Shown: one piece after another, positions 11,201 to 23,129 of the stretch | Layout of the letters: every line of letters starts with the position of its first letter | Numbering within the stretch: position 1 is the stretch's first letter | From: Daphnia carinata | Lineage: Eukaryota | Assembly (NCBI RefSeq): GCF_022539665.2 | Contig: NC_081333.1 | Coordinates: 5,890,001 to 5,954,000 of the forward strand | Length of the DNA: 64,000 nucleotides | Direction of reading: 5' to 3' | Program-made: the position numbers and the translations under genes | The notes under the pieces: generated by a model | Told to the model about the DNA's origin: nothing | Seen by the model: only the letters and a program-made list of their open reading frames with translations | Database searches by the model: none

Positions 11201-13789
11201 CTGGGGATCCTTTGGGATAGTGAAATCGACGCGTTCACTTTCAAGGTGGGAGAAAGGGTCCAGTTACACGCCACACCTACAAAAAGAAATCTCGTAAGTG
11301 TGGTGGCTACAGTATACGATCCGCTTGGATTCGTTGCTCCAATGGTGTTCGCAATGAAGATGCTGATTCAAGAGGTATGGCGAGCCAAACTAGATTGGGA
11401 TGAAGAGCTGCCCGAACCTTTGAAATGCCAATTTCAAAAATGGTGTAAGGGTTTGTCGAACCTAGCACGCATCACAATTCCGCGATGCTTAGTAAAGGAA
11501 GAGCGCCCAACAACCCAGCAAGTGCACATCTTTGCCGACGCCAGTCAACTAGGGTTTGGTGCAGTCGCATGTGTACGAACAACTTACACAAGTGAAAGGG
11601 TTGGCGTATCTTTCATCATGGCCAAAACGCACGTCGCGCCGTTAAAACAGCTTTCGATTCCTCGGCTCGAACTTCAAGGAGCCGTCGAAGCTTTACACCT
11701 GGCCATAATAATTTGCCGTGAGATGAACCTGGATCTGAGCCAAATAACGTTTCACGTCGACTCTCAAACAGTACAAGCGTCTCGATGTCCAACCATCGTC
11801 CGTGGTGAGAACCGCACTTCCACTCCCGTCCTGGCCTGTGGTCTGTGAGTCGGCCGTCAGAATTTCTGACAAGTTCTTAGATGGATCCATTCTGCCAATG
11901 TCAAATACGAAGTGTTTGTGGGCAACAGAATCGGAAAGATTCTAATGAACACCAACTGTCGACAATGGCGCCATGTTCCAGGAGTCATGAATCCAGCAGA
12001 CGTTTACAGTAGAGGATTGGATCCCGAGAACCTCAAGGAATTGCAGAAGTTCCACGAAGGGCCAGCCTTTCTGTTGTTGGAACCTTCATCATGGCCAAAG
12101 TGGGATCAGATCGAGCACAATGACCAACAAGATCCCGAAGCCATTCACGTCTACACAATGAAAACGGAGCCCAGTGACAATGTGATCAACCAGTGCGTAG
12201 AATATTATTCAGACAAAGTGCGCCTGGAACGAGTGCTTGCGTGGTGTTTGCGTTTCATTTTAAACTGTTGTGCCAGAGTGAAGAATTTAAAGTTGACTTC
12301 AGGAGAACTGACGCTAGTCGAAACTGAAGCAGCTCTGGCAATGTGCATTCAACGTGCACAAGAAGTGGCATACCCCGAAGATGTGTTGTTCTTAAACCGG
12401 GGAAAGGAACCGCCATACCGGTCAAAACTCAAACAATTTCGACCATTTATCGACGAACAACACCTGATGCAAGTGGGCGGGCGAATTGGACAAGCACCTG
12501 TCGACTATGTCACAAGACATCCAGTGATTTTACCTCCAGAGAAACGCATCACAAGCTTGATAGTCTGGGATGCTCACGTTCGAAATTACCACATGAAGGC
12601 CGACCGCTTATTGTGCGAACTTTGAGCAATTTATTGGATAACCTCTGGACGAAGGGTAATCAAGTCCATACTCAACAAGTGTATTCCTTGCAAGCGAAGA
12701 GATGCACAGCCAGTCACACCACTCATGGCTCAGCTACCCGTCCACCGCATTACGCCTTTCTTGCCTCCATTCGCCCATACAGGAGTCGACTATTTTGGAC
12801 CATTGACTGTCAAAATAGGAGGGAGAGGGCGACGGCACGAAAAAAGATGGATTTGCCTTTTTACGTGCCTTACAACCCGAGCAGTGCATTTAGAAGTGAC
12901 TGCTAGCCTCAGTGCAGAGGCATTTTTGTTGGCCTTTTCTCGATTTTCCAGCATAAGGGGAAAGCCAGTCGTTGTGTATAGTGACAACGGCACAAATCTT
13001 GTAGCTGGAGAAAAGGAGTTGAAAGAGGCAGTCGAAGAATTAAACAACAGCAAAGACTACCTGGAAGCACAGTTCACTTGTCGGCACATCGAGTGGCGTT
13101 TTTCCCCGCCGAGTGGACTTCATTTTGGAGGAGTTTGGGAGAGGCTCGTGCAATCGTGCAAAAGAGCTATGAAAGTGACCCTAGGAAATAGTGTCGCCAG
13201 TGATCAAGTCTTAAGTACTGTCGTGGCTGAAGTAGGGGCATTGCTCAATGCACGACCACTAAGTCATCTCAGCGTAAACCCCGAAGATCCTGACCCTCTC
13301 ACTCCAAATCATTTCCTACACGCCAGACCAATGCCGTACATCCCGCTGGCGTATGTCGATCTTAACAACACGGACATCTCGAAAAACCAGTTTCTACATA
13401 GTCAACTCATTGTCAACCACTACTGGAAAAGATGGATCACCGAATGTCTACCTTACCTCACCGAAAGAAAATAATGGGCCAAGAATCACAAAAACATCGA
13501 AGTGAACGATATTGTACTCGTTGTCGATCCATTAAACCCTCGGGGGCAATGGCCATTGGGAAAGGTAGTCGAAATTTTACCTAGCACGTCCGACAATGTA
13601 GTACGTGTAGCTAAAGTAAAAATTTCCGGCGCAAACAATACCTTAACTCGTCCCGTGACTAGATTATGCGTGTTGTTAACGCAAAACGAAATCACATCTG
13701 GAACGGGCCAGCCACTGCCAAACTCGCTTAAATGCGAAAAGGAAGAAAAAACAATCCATCCAAATACCGTAATTGACAATTCACGTTAG
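8229..13789 (+). pseudogene. BEL/Pao gag-pol, disrupted by stops, frameshifts and a 97-bp insert
   Basis: KFDGNPLNY gag; three CCHC knuckles (CFVCRGAIHKIEEC, CLRCLTGKHTSRAC, CTVEGCKYPGHSTLLH); protease FLDSGS; RT SDIEKMY...FGAVSSP...YVDN; RNase H HIFADAS..IPRLEL; integrase GVDYFGP..SDNGTN..GGVWERLV; C-terminal PRGQWPLGKV..RPVTRL. Confidence 0.95.
11775..11871 (-). mobile_element. 97-bp LTR-terminus remnant inserted in BEL #1 pol
   Basis: Removing it restores VDSQTVLRWIHS. Flanked by AGTAC/AGTTC (5-bp TSD, 1 mismatch). Begins TGTCAGAAATTCTGACG on the minus strand, resembling the BEL #2 LTR start TGTCGGAAATTCCGACG. Confidence 0.6.
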
Positions 13790-14016
13790 GTTGTCAAGGA
13801 CCGCCGACCAGTAGACACTTTTTCAATTGCCAAAGGGTAAATGTAAATTATTCTTTCGAGCGTCGTCTGCCACCTTGTGAAATCTTCAGTCAAGCAGTGC
13901 CAGTCGACCTCTCAAGTGTCCCAACTTTGTAGTGTCTCGAACCTGTGCCGAACAAATTGTGTCAAACTAAGTGCCAGTGATTCTTCCCATCGACAATCAA
14001 ACAAGTGACAAAGAAA

Positions 14017-14596
14017 ATGAAAATAGTGGACATCACAGAGATTGAAAATCGCCAAATGGAGCTATTGGCCCAACTCAAAGTCACAATCCACGGCTTTGAA
14101 GAGGAAGAAAAAGAGGCCTGGAATTTGTTGACCTTTAGACTCTAGTGCGGTGCAACAAACCATAAGTGAAATAGTTTCCACTCGGAACTCGAAGATTAAG
14201 TTGCTCTGTGAAGAGCTTATGAAAATTGGCTCACCACGCTATCCCCCGAGGCAAGAATCGCCACCACCGACGCCCACTCTTCCGCCACCTACGGTCACCG
14301 CCCCGCGGTTCACCCCGTCGGTGCCGTGTTTTGTCGACCATGTAGGACTCGTACTGCCCAACAACAACGATCGGTTCGAGGTGTTTATCGAAAAAATGAC
14401 GGCCACTGAACGGGCAAAATTGATTGCCCGGCGCTCGCTATGTTTTCGTTGCTGGAAAAGGGGGGACTTCGTCGGGGAACAGAAGCATGTCGGGGCCAAC
14501 TGTACCCACGTTCGACACTGCTTCCACTGCAACAGCCCTACCCACCATCAATTGCTGTGTTGGGCCAGCTTCGTCACTCGTCAGAGTGAACAATAA
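14017..14596 (+). CDS. Extra ORF between integrase and 3' LTR: helical N-terminus, Pro-rich linker, two BEL-type zinc knuckles (one frameshift near 14145)
   Basis: MKIVDITEIENRQMELLAQLK... then QQTISEIV...PPPTPTLPPP...CFRCWKRGDFVGEQKHVGANC..CFHCNSPTHHQLLC. Confidence 0.65.
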
Positions 14597-14700
14597 ATTG
14601 TTTGTGGTCGACATTGTTCCACCTTTGGGTCGAAATTCTCCTCGTTTTTCTTTGTTGTTTCTTTGAATGTTGTTTGTCGAAGCGACAAACAAGGGCCCGC

Positions 14701-15080
14701 TGTCACCGATTTAATCGGTGGGGGTAGGACCCGGTAGAGGGCTCCCTTATGTTGTCGACCTTCTTTTGTTTTCCTTTTTTTTGGTTTCTTGGGGGCATAC
14801 GTGGTTCGACTGCCCCAGTTACAATTTTAAGTTCGTTGTAAGTTGTCCAACAGTTCCTTTCAGGGCTGTTAAAATTTGTACTCATCTAGAAGTCTTCCTT
14901 TTGCCCACTGTCAGTCGACAATCTCGTCGAAAGCCCCTTGTACAACAAAGTATCCCCTCGGTGTGTTCAATAAATTATTGCAAACCTCCCTCGTCTCATT
15001 TTTGTACAAAAGGGGAAATTAGGCTCTAAGACTGACTAAATTAAAGCTATTGCTACTCTCTATTTTCGAGATACGCAACA
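14701..15080 (+). repeat. 3' LTR of BEL #1 (380 bp)
   Basis: TGTCACCGATTTAATCGGTG ... AATAAA (~14969) ... ACGCAACA; preceded by a purine/GC tract. Confidence 0.75.
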
Positions 15081-15647
15081 GGCGTAAACGCGAGTTGCTG
15101 CTACGAGCTCGTGAAAATCTTTGAATTCCTTATATCTGACCTTAGCTTGCAATTTTGAATCCAATCCTTCGATAAATTTCTGCATGAGAATAACTGCGAA
15201 AGATTTTTCCATATAACCATCAGGATATGCCTTTTTAAAAATTTCCTGTAGACGATGAGCATAATCCACAATTTTTTCTCCAGGTTTACGTTTAGCTTTA
15301 TTGAATTTCTTAATGTATACATCAACATTTTCATCCCCGTGGAAGTGATCGAACAAAGCCGTTTTAATGGAACCATAGTCGTATGGATGTTTTTTAATTA
15401 AGGTTTGTATGAGTGAAAAAGCTTTATCTGTTAATTTTGCACGCATCATCTGAATAATTTTCCCTTCAGACCATCCTGCCCCATCAACTATAATCTCAAA
15501 AGATTCTAGCCAAGAGTCAAAGCGAGAAATTGGACTACCGGAGAAGGGAGGAAGTAATTGCAATCGTGAAAAGGTATGCTGGTTGTTTTGTAAATCATTT
15601 AAATCGTTAACTGTAGCTGCCCTGGTAGGGGAATAAGAGTAAGTCAT
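15081..15647 (-). pseudogene. Gypsy-type gag (capsid), cut by the BEL #1 insertion
   Basis: LPPFSGSPISRFDSWLESFE...GWSEGKII..RAKLTDKA...KRKPGEKIVDYAHRL...KFIEGLDSKLQAKV; the translation turns into LTR sequence after TRVYA. Confidence 0.88.
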
Positions 15648-15763
15648 ATTGTTGCTAAAAAAAGTTATAGGGGAGTTCGGAGCTCTGCGATGGGGAGACT
15701 GTGCGGTGTCCGGAATGCGGTTTGAAACTGGCCGGGATTCGCCAATATTGTTGTCGGTCAGTT

Positions 15764-17166
15764 TTATCGACGGTTTTGGAATCGTAGTCGTTCTGTCTGG
15801 CGCTTGTCTACCTGCTGTGATGATGTCGGACAAGTTGGGGTGATCTCCAGCTCTTCCTGGGTCTCCGGAATGGACGATAGCAACTGTTTCAATTGTTTGG
15901 CAGTCTGGGTGAGGACGTTTTTGATGATGGTCGATAGCTGCTTGCGGCACGGTCTTGCCACTCTCCGGAAGTGGGTCAATCTTTTCCCGAGGAGTATCAG
16001 TTCGGGTAACAGTGATTCCAAGCTGGTGATTGATTGTAGTTTCCTTATGAACGAGAGTAGGTTTAGTATGGCCGTGAGAAGAGTCAGCTGGAAGTCCAAC
16101 AAGGTTTTCTCCAGGTGGATCAAGAATTCGAACGTTTCCAGGATGAGAAACTCGTATTGCCTCTCCTCTTCGCTGACTTGCGTCGTCGCTCTCGGCACAA
16201 AGCCGAAGAGGGTCGTGTCCTTCGCTGGTACGAGCGTCTGTAGTTCCTCTATGCTGTACGTTTGTCCTAACAGGAACGTCGTAAACTGCCTCGCATACGT
16301 CGTAAAGGACGTCGTCAACTCGAACGCCTGTTGATCCGCCTTCCGCGTCTTCCGCTTTATCTGCCCGCTGGCCCTCATTTCTTGAATCGCAGCTAAGTAT
16401 TTCAGGAATATTGTTGGCGTCTCCACGTCCGTCAGCAACTGCGGTTTGCCCAGGGGGCGGTCCCTCAGCCCGAAATCGTTCAGCAGCCGGTTCAGATGGT
16501 CCCAAATTTTCGGGTCGTGTGACTGGAAGTCCAACACCCTCTCCTTCAGGCACTTGAGTGCTAATATCAGGGACGGAATCGGACTCGACGGCGTCGGAAA
16601 TACTTTGGATGGATTGCTCTGGATCTCGTGGTATAGGTGATGGAGACTAAAGTTGAGGTGATCGTCCATTCACTGGGCTTTTCTTTTGGAAGAAGCATAA
16701 AAGAGTACTCGAGAGGAGACCAGCCTTTGATTCGCTTTTCGTAGGTGATTTTTGGAGGAGAAAGACGAGAAAAGAACTTAGCATAAACCGATCGTGGACG
16801 TTGAGTGGCTGCAGCAGTAGATTTAGCACGTGCACCAATTGTTTTAGTGGTGGGTTTAACGAACGGAGCCACTTCCTCATAAGCAGGATTCGACCGTAGT
16901 TTACTTAACTGAGTATTATCTGTCTGCACTCTAGGTTTCAAAACGGGAGAAGCAGATTTCTTAACGGCTTCAGTTTCTGCTTCTGACGCTTTACAGCCCT
17001 GAACTTTGTCTAACGTGGACGAAGGGCGATCGGATAGTTTCTCAAAATCAATTAACTTAGCAACCGTTTCGTCGGAGATTTGTACCACTGGCGTTAGGGG
17101 AACAAGGGGGGTGGTTACAGGCGGGCGAGGTATCTTAGGTCCGCCATAAATAACATCATCCGTCAT
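15764..17166 (-). CDS. Accessory ORF(s) upstream of Gypsy gag (199 aa and 301 aa; overlapping, or one frameshifted ORF)
   Basis: Starts ~20 nt after the PBS. The 301-aa part is Leu-rich and helical (TFEFLIHLEKTLLDFQLTLLTAILNLLSFIRKLQ). No recognised domain. Confidence 0.55.
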
Positions 17167-17184
17167 TGTGGTTGAGTTCGAGAA

Positions 17185-17197
17185 ACCGCTGCCACCA
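17185..17197 (-). promoter_or_regulatory. Primer-binding site complementary to tRNA-Leu 3' end
   Basis: TGGTGGCAGCGGT on the minus strand, 3 nt after the LTR end. Confidence 0.8.
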
Positions 17198-17200
17198 TAA

Positions 17201-17931
17201 TGTAAAGCATCTTCCCGTGTGGGAAGACTTTACGAATTAAGACAAATAAAAGATATTGAACTCAGAAGGCGTTTTACCCACAATGACGTATGTGTTTATT
17301 ATAAGCTAAGACACAAGGATTAAGAAGACAAGAGAGCAAAAGATAAGAAGGAACATTCGGGAAAACGAGTTAAAAGGAAGAACAAATAGACAGGGGTCTT
17401 ACCGTGAACTCACGAGTGAAAGAATGGAAGAAAAACGACACGAGGCGAACCTGGATTTCGGCTTCCACACGAGCGGTACACAACAAGAGTTCAGAAACGT
17501 AGGAATTTGACAATCAATGTCCGGAATAGCTCGGAACAAGAACGAATTCTAACTCAAAGTTTAGGCAATGAAACATTAAGCAAAGTACAATACTACTCAA
17601 TAAAGCGGGGAAGATTGACTTAAGGCAACTATTTGGCACGGCTGCAGCTACTTGTCTGATTTCCGTCAACTGCTAGGTTTATCACGAAACTTTGCATACT
17701 GCAAAAGTGGCGTGATTGGGCGGAACTTGTGCATTCACGCAGCAGCCAATTAAACGATGCCGTTTGATGTGGCGTGATGTTGAGGGCGTATCGTCTGCGT
17801 GAGTCAGCTGCAGGTGTTCATTTGGGTCAGCTGCACTGCGTATATAGTGTTGCAATTGCCATGTCCAGACTTGCGTTTACTACTGAAGCAAAAGCGAGAA
17901 AAGTTAAAGTAATATGTTCGGCTTCGTTACA
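17201..17931 (-). repeat. 5' LTR of Gypsy-type element #1 (731 bp)
   Basis: TGTAACGAAGCCG...GCTTTACA, followed by the PBS; both ends homologous to the solo LTR at 36081-36737. Confidence 0.88.
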
Positions 17932-19384
17932 GAAGAATGCCTCTTGTACGTAAAAAAATGGGTCATCCTTTCTAGGGTTAGGCGGCAAACATTTCGATCG
18001 TTGGTATCTGCATGAAAAAAAAAACTATTAAGGTAAGTTATTTCATTAATAATTCAGTAATTACCTTAAGCGTCGAGTAGCATTATCGATGTCAGGCATT
18101 TCCCTCCCTGCAATTCCCGATTTATTTTTTATCTCTTCGATTATGATTTGGCTCGGTGCTTTGAATTTTTCCGTCACACATGTCTTTTTAGCATTTTTGA
18201 AGATTGAAACCTAATGCAATACATTTTTAATCAGAAAATGCATTCTTAGTTTTTATTTAAATTTATGCTTACCCTCCTGTGGTTTCCGTAATCTGGTGGA
18301 TGGTTGTGATTAACTCCGGCGGTGTTGTGTGGCTTTTCCTGGAAATCTTGCTGGTCATAGTGATCAAAGAAATTGCTGGAACTGGAAATTTTTTGGGTCA
18401 CTGTTGCTTTGCAAGGGTCCTTAGCAGGACGTGAACTACAGCGCCAAGTACATAGTGTCCTGCTGATCTTTTTCTCGTAAAACAATAACCTTTGAAATAC
18501 AAAAAGGTTAAGTGGTATTTTTAACGGAAAAGGAACTAAAATTAATTACCCAATCCATTGGTTAGTTTAACCTTTCCCTTGTTTGAACCTTCCTTGTGAA
18601 TCTTTAAATTTGGCTGCGTTGGCACTTCAAATGAAGATTCCTATAAAAGGGAAAAGTTTTGATGAAAAGCAATACAATTCGATTAGTAAATGAAATTTAC
18701 CTCCAGTATGGACTCAATTGGTTCCCCAGGCGGTTCAGGCCGTATACCGTCATTCTCATGAGCTCGCCTAGGAACGGTTGTTTGAGTAGGAGAGACTGGA
18801 ATCGGAAGCAATGGATCAGCTCTGCGGACTTGGCCATGTCGTCTTCGGCGTGGTGGGGCAACAGGTGGAGTACCAGTAGGAGACCTAAGTACAGAGGTTA
18901 ATAGAAAAATAGAAGAAATTAAATTTTCTAATGGAGAAAGACGACTAGTTGGTGTGATTCGAGGGGAAGAGTGTGGTGGGTCATCCTTATCCGACGCAAC
19001 AGGTTCATTCTTGCGCCTTTTTGCGACATGTGAAGGGTCAAGGGTCTCCCTGCGCTTCAAATTTCTCTTTGGACGCCCAGTAATTACACCATCAACTTCC
19101 ACGCAAGCACTAGGAACCGGCGCCGCTTCACTGGCATGTTCTACACCACTAGCACCGGCCTCCTCACGGGCACCTTCAACTTTATCAGCATCTTCAATAC
19201 CAGTGCACTTAGCACAATGGTAGCTGATAGAGAAGTCTTTCCAGGTAGGTGAAACACCTCTATGAAAAATCACTCCGCAACAGGCCCGATGGACTGGGAC
19301 TTGACACACAAGACAGCAACAGAATTGTTTCTTAACGGAAACAACAGTATCGCAGCGAGAACAACGATTATTAGATGGAGCCAC
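17932..19384 (-). pseudogene. Mutator-like transposase N-terminal region (PHD-like finger plus FLYWCH-type finger), multi-exon, cut by the Gypsy LTR
   Basis: CSRC..CLVCQVPVHRACC..YHCAKC; later exons KEGSNKGKVKLTNGLG / TWRCSSRPAKDPCKATVTQ..NHNHPP / RYQRSKCLPPNP, separated by short GT-AG introns. No DDE domain in the window. Confidence 0.7.
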
Positions 19385-20858
19385 GATAGTAGCTTAAGAC
19401 CAAAACAAAGACTATTACCTTTTCAGGAACCAACACTTCTATTTTATACGGCTCATGTTGTTTGAAGGAGGAGCCATTGCGTCACATGCATCACCTGTCC
19501 ACTGCATTGTCCCTTTGTTGCTCACCGCAGAATATCTTATTCTCGAGGGAAAACTCTAAGCTCAGGTATTTCCTCAACCCCGCCATACCTTTCAAGTTTA
19601 AACCTTAAACCACAAATGATCCCTTGTTTATATCCGCTTTATCATCCGCCTCCAGAAGAAAGTCTATCTGTACTTGTACTGATTTCCGATTCATTTGTAA
19701 CCAAGCATGATTCATCCTCTTCCATAAACCATGCAATGCAGATATCTATATATAATTCTAATATATGTTAACTTTTTCCTAAAAATGAATATAATTATTA
19801 ATATCGTTATTAAAACTGTTGAAGTAAAGAAAACATATTCATTAGCAAAATTATATTCTTGCTCACAAATACTGGGGAAAGGAAAAATAAAAAGAGCATA
19901 TAAGGTGTAATAGTATAATTAAAGTTGTTGTTCACAGTTACATCTGTATTTAAATTTCATTCGGGAACTGAAAATATTCTTGACTCTATGCCAATTACCC
20001 TGATAGACGGGATTCGCCTTGCAAGGAGTTTCACACAGCAAGATTTCGTTCTGGTTTTATCAAACCATTTTTGCCAACACTGCTTCCACAATTGTTAGGT
20101 AACATTCCATTCATCCTTGTCACCCCTATCATGCAGGTATTTATTTTGTTTGCGTAATTGTTTTATAAAAATAGTGGGGCAACAGCTGAACGGGTAAACT
20201 TGCCAGCTTTCTTCATCTATGCATTTCTCTTGACTGGATTTCTTTATCAGTTCCTCTGACTTCAACCGCTTCTTCCACCGTCAACATTTCGGAATTTGCA
20301 GTAGAGCCAAGACAAAGTTGGTTTGAACAACTTCTAAATTATTTTATTTTTCCAGTTAATGGTTTAACACATTTTATTTTTAAGTATTTCAATATGGTCT
20401 GTTAGTAGATGGAGGTTTACGGGGAACTAATTCCATACTCAGAACAGCAGTGGCTATAAAATAAAAATTTGTTGATTATTATATATATTTTAATATTGTA
20501 TGCTTACCTGTTCGTTAAAACTTGTTCATTCAATGTTTCTTCTCTCTTGATATGGAGGATATTGGCAATCACTCTTCTACGAGTTTGTCTTTCTCCCACA
20601 ATATGTTTTTTTGCGAATCTCAGACATTTTAGATGACTTAACGAGTACGCAGAGCTCCCAACGGCTAATAAGCTTCGCACTTGTCACTAATAACCTGCAA
20701 TCAGAATATGTTGAAACAAAAACAACACAACAAAGCCTTTGTAGAAAGCAGAGCCGGCCTAGCAGACGCTATGTTGTCATGACAATGTAAACATAACAAT
20801 ATTGCCAGACACTGTAGCCGATTTGTAAAGTAAAAAATGTTTTTTTTATGATTGTAAA

Positions 20859-22176
20859 CTAGTAACGTTGGGCCCGTCCAGGGCCGGGGTATAGGTGGCG
20901 CTAGCGTATCCTTACGCTATTTCTAAGAAAATGATTCCACTCCATTTTTTCGCCCGTCTACTTTTAATTTTTTTTGGCAATCAAGGGTTCCCCTGTCTTA
21001 CCCGCCAACCCACTCATTGATTCTGCCCGTCCACCCCCTCACTTTCTCTGCCCGTCAAACTACCCACTGCCCGTCAACCCATTCTCTGCCCGTTAACCCA
21101 CTCTCTGCCCGTCAACCCACTAACTGCCCGCCAAAACGCCTGCTTTAGAGGCGCATCTACATTTTTTCCATTTGTCCGTCCTTTTGCCCAGTCGCCGTCC
21201 GTCAAACGTCCGCTATAATTGCCCGTTCACCCACTTGTTGCCTCTGCCCGCCTTTCCTCGTAAAGTCTCTGCCCGTCAACCCACTTTGCCCACCAAGAAA
21301 TTCGCTGTTGTTGGCCGTCGACCAACTCTCTGCCCGTCGGCCCACTCTCGGCCAGTCGACCCACTCTCTGCCCGTCGGCCTACTCTCGGCCAGTCGACCC
21401 ACTCTCGGCCCGTCAGCCCCTCACTGCCCGTCAGCCCCCTTTCTGCCCGGCGACCCACTCGCTGCCCGTCGGCCCCCTCACTGCCCATCAGCTCCCTCAC
21501 TGCCCGTTGGCCCCCTCTCTTCCAATCGCCCACTCGCGTGGGCCCCTTCTCTGCCCGCCGAATCACTCGCTGCCCGTGGGCCCCTTCTCTGCCCGTCGAC
21601 TCACTCGCTGCCCGTTGGCCCACTCGCTGCCCGTCGACCCACTCATCTGCCCGTCGACCCACGCGCTTACCGTCGACCCACTCGCTGCCCATCGAACCAC
21701 TCGCTGCCCCTCAGCCCACTCGTTGTCCGTCGATCCCCTCTCTGCCCGTCACCCCACTCGCTGTCCGCCAAAACGACTGCTGTAGTGGCCCATTGACTTT
21801 TTCATTTGCTTTTGCCCGTTTTCCCCTCGCAGTCCCAGCCCAGAAAACGCCCGCTGTAGTTGCCGTCCAACCACTTTTTCCCTCTGCCCGTCTTTTCTCG
21901 AATAGTCCATGCCCGTCAACCCCCTTTGCCCACCAAAAAAACCTGCTGTGGTTGCCCGTCGACTTACGTACTGCAGCGCCCACTCGTTTTAAGCTAAGCT
22001 CGTAGACTAAAAAATTGCATTTATCCGACCTATTATACAGTCTCTGCCCCTCAAAAGGCCCGTTTAAGCCAACCACTGTAGCAGACGGCTGATTTGACGC
22101 CAGCCAATCAAAACAAATGCACAATGTGACAGACACAGGCTCCTCCTCTTTTCCTTGTTTTTTTATATAGTATAGA
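20859..22176 (-). mobile_element. Non-autonomous Helitron (1318 bp) with internal GC-rich minisatellite
   Basis: Minus strand: A|TCTATACTATATAAAA 5' end at 22176; GC hairpin about 10 nt before CTAG|T at 20862-20859; A/T target and no TSD. Confidence 0.88.
20995..21985 (+). repeat. ~19-20-bp minisatellite (CTCGCTGCCCGTCGACCCA-like)
   Basis: Dozens of TGCCCGTC-containing units. Confidence 0.95.
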
Positions 22177-22349
22177 TTGCGCAACACTGCAAGTTAACTT
22201 TTTTCCCGCCTTTACAACCGACGCTATTAGTTGTCCATTGTGTGTGATTGTTTGCTGTGGGAAAATTGCTTCCAGTTTGACTTTCCTTTTTTTTTGTCAG
22301 TTCCTTACATTCGGTGAGTAATGTTTTCAATTATGATTGACTAACCTGA

Positions 22350-23100
22350 GCCGGTACTTCTTCATTTGCCGCCTTCCGTGCCATTAAATCCCGTGACCCT
22401 AAAGCAAAGGTAGAAAAGTAATTCATTTTATCTCGCCATTTTTAATTGAATCATTCGTTCTACGTCTTAGTCATTGGTGAAGAAAACCACTTGCCTTACA
22501 TGAGGCTACCACAATCGAAAGAACTGTGGTTCAGTGACGATCCCGAAGTGTCAAACAAACTAAAGTTTAAGCAGTGGACCGGAAAAAAGAGAAGGTGATT
22601 GTCTAGTTATAATTTTGTGTTGCGTTATTTTAACGAATGTGACCTATTTTTGGATCCAGTTTGTTCTTCGAACAGGATGAATTCTACTGTAGCCCCGTGG
22701 AATTAGTTGCCAAAGAAAATGGTGGCGTTTCAGTTATGCGAGAACATAGTGTAGTTAAACTGGACATTGTCGGTAGCAAACCTGAGTTATATGATGGCCG
22801 TACCATCACCTACCACAAGTGCCTTACTGCCACAGGTGAATTTCTTTCCTATTTATCTAAAATTTTAAGTACTCGATGATTAAAACTTTTTGGAATGTTG
22901 AAAAACTTTGATAATCTTCCTGCTAGATAGTATCTGAGAGCCATTCTTTAATTATCACTTCACTTAGACACATTTTCAACTATTAACTACATTAATTTAT
23001 TATCGTGTTAGGTGGCAAACCGAAATCGGTGCCATCACTGAGCAGTGCCCCAGAAAATGTCAAGGAGCACGTAACGCTATTCCGTATTATTGATTTCCGT
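22350..23100 (+). pseudogene. AIFM1: Apoptosis-inducing factor (mitochondrial flavoprotein) internal fragment, 4 exons
   Basis: Spliced translation [106 protein letters not shown] follows the AIF FAD-domain motifs (PYMRPPLSKELW, FKQWNGKERS, YEKCLIATGG, TLFR). First acceptor is mutated; both ends are missing. Confidence 0.93.
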
Positions 23101-23129
23101 AATATCAATATTGGATATGGATCACGGGA

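Larger units (their letters stand above)
8100..15080 (+). mobile_element. BEL/Pao LTR retrotransposon #1, 5'-truncated, inserted into a Gypsy gag
   Basis: gag-PR-RT-RH-IN order; 3' LTR 14701-15080 after AAGGGCCCGC. The Gypsy gag frame resumes exactly at 15081. No 5' LTR copy found; start coordinate approximate. Confidence 0.9.

Noticed and set aside
19900..20700. Exon-like minus-strand pieces (also 37800-38980 and 42980-43900)
   Set aside because: Splice-like signals are present but the translations are broken and match no family I recognise.
21172..22005. 277-aa and other overlapping ORFs
   Set aside because: By-product of a GC-rich minisatellite lacking stop codons; repetitive translation in all frames.
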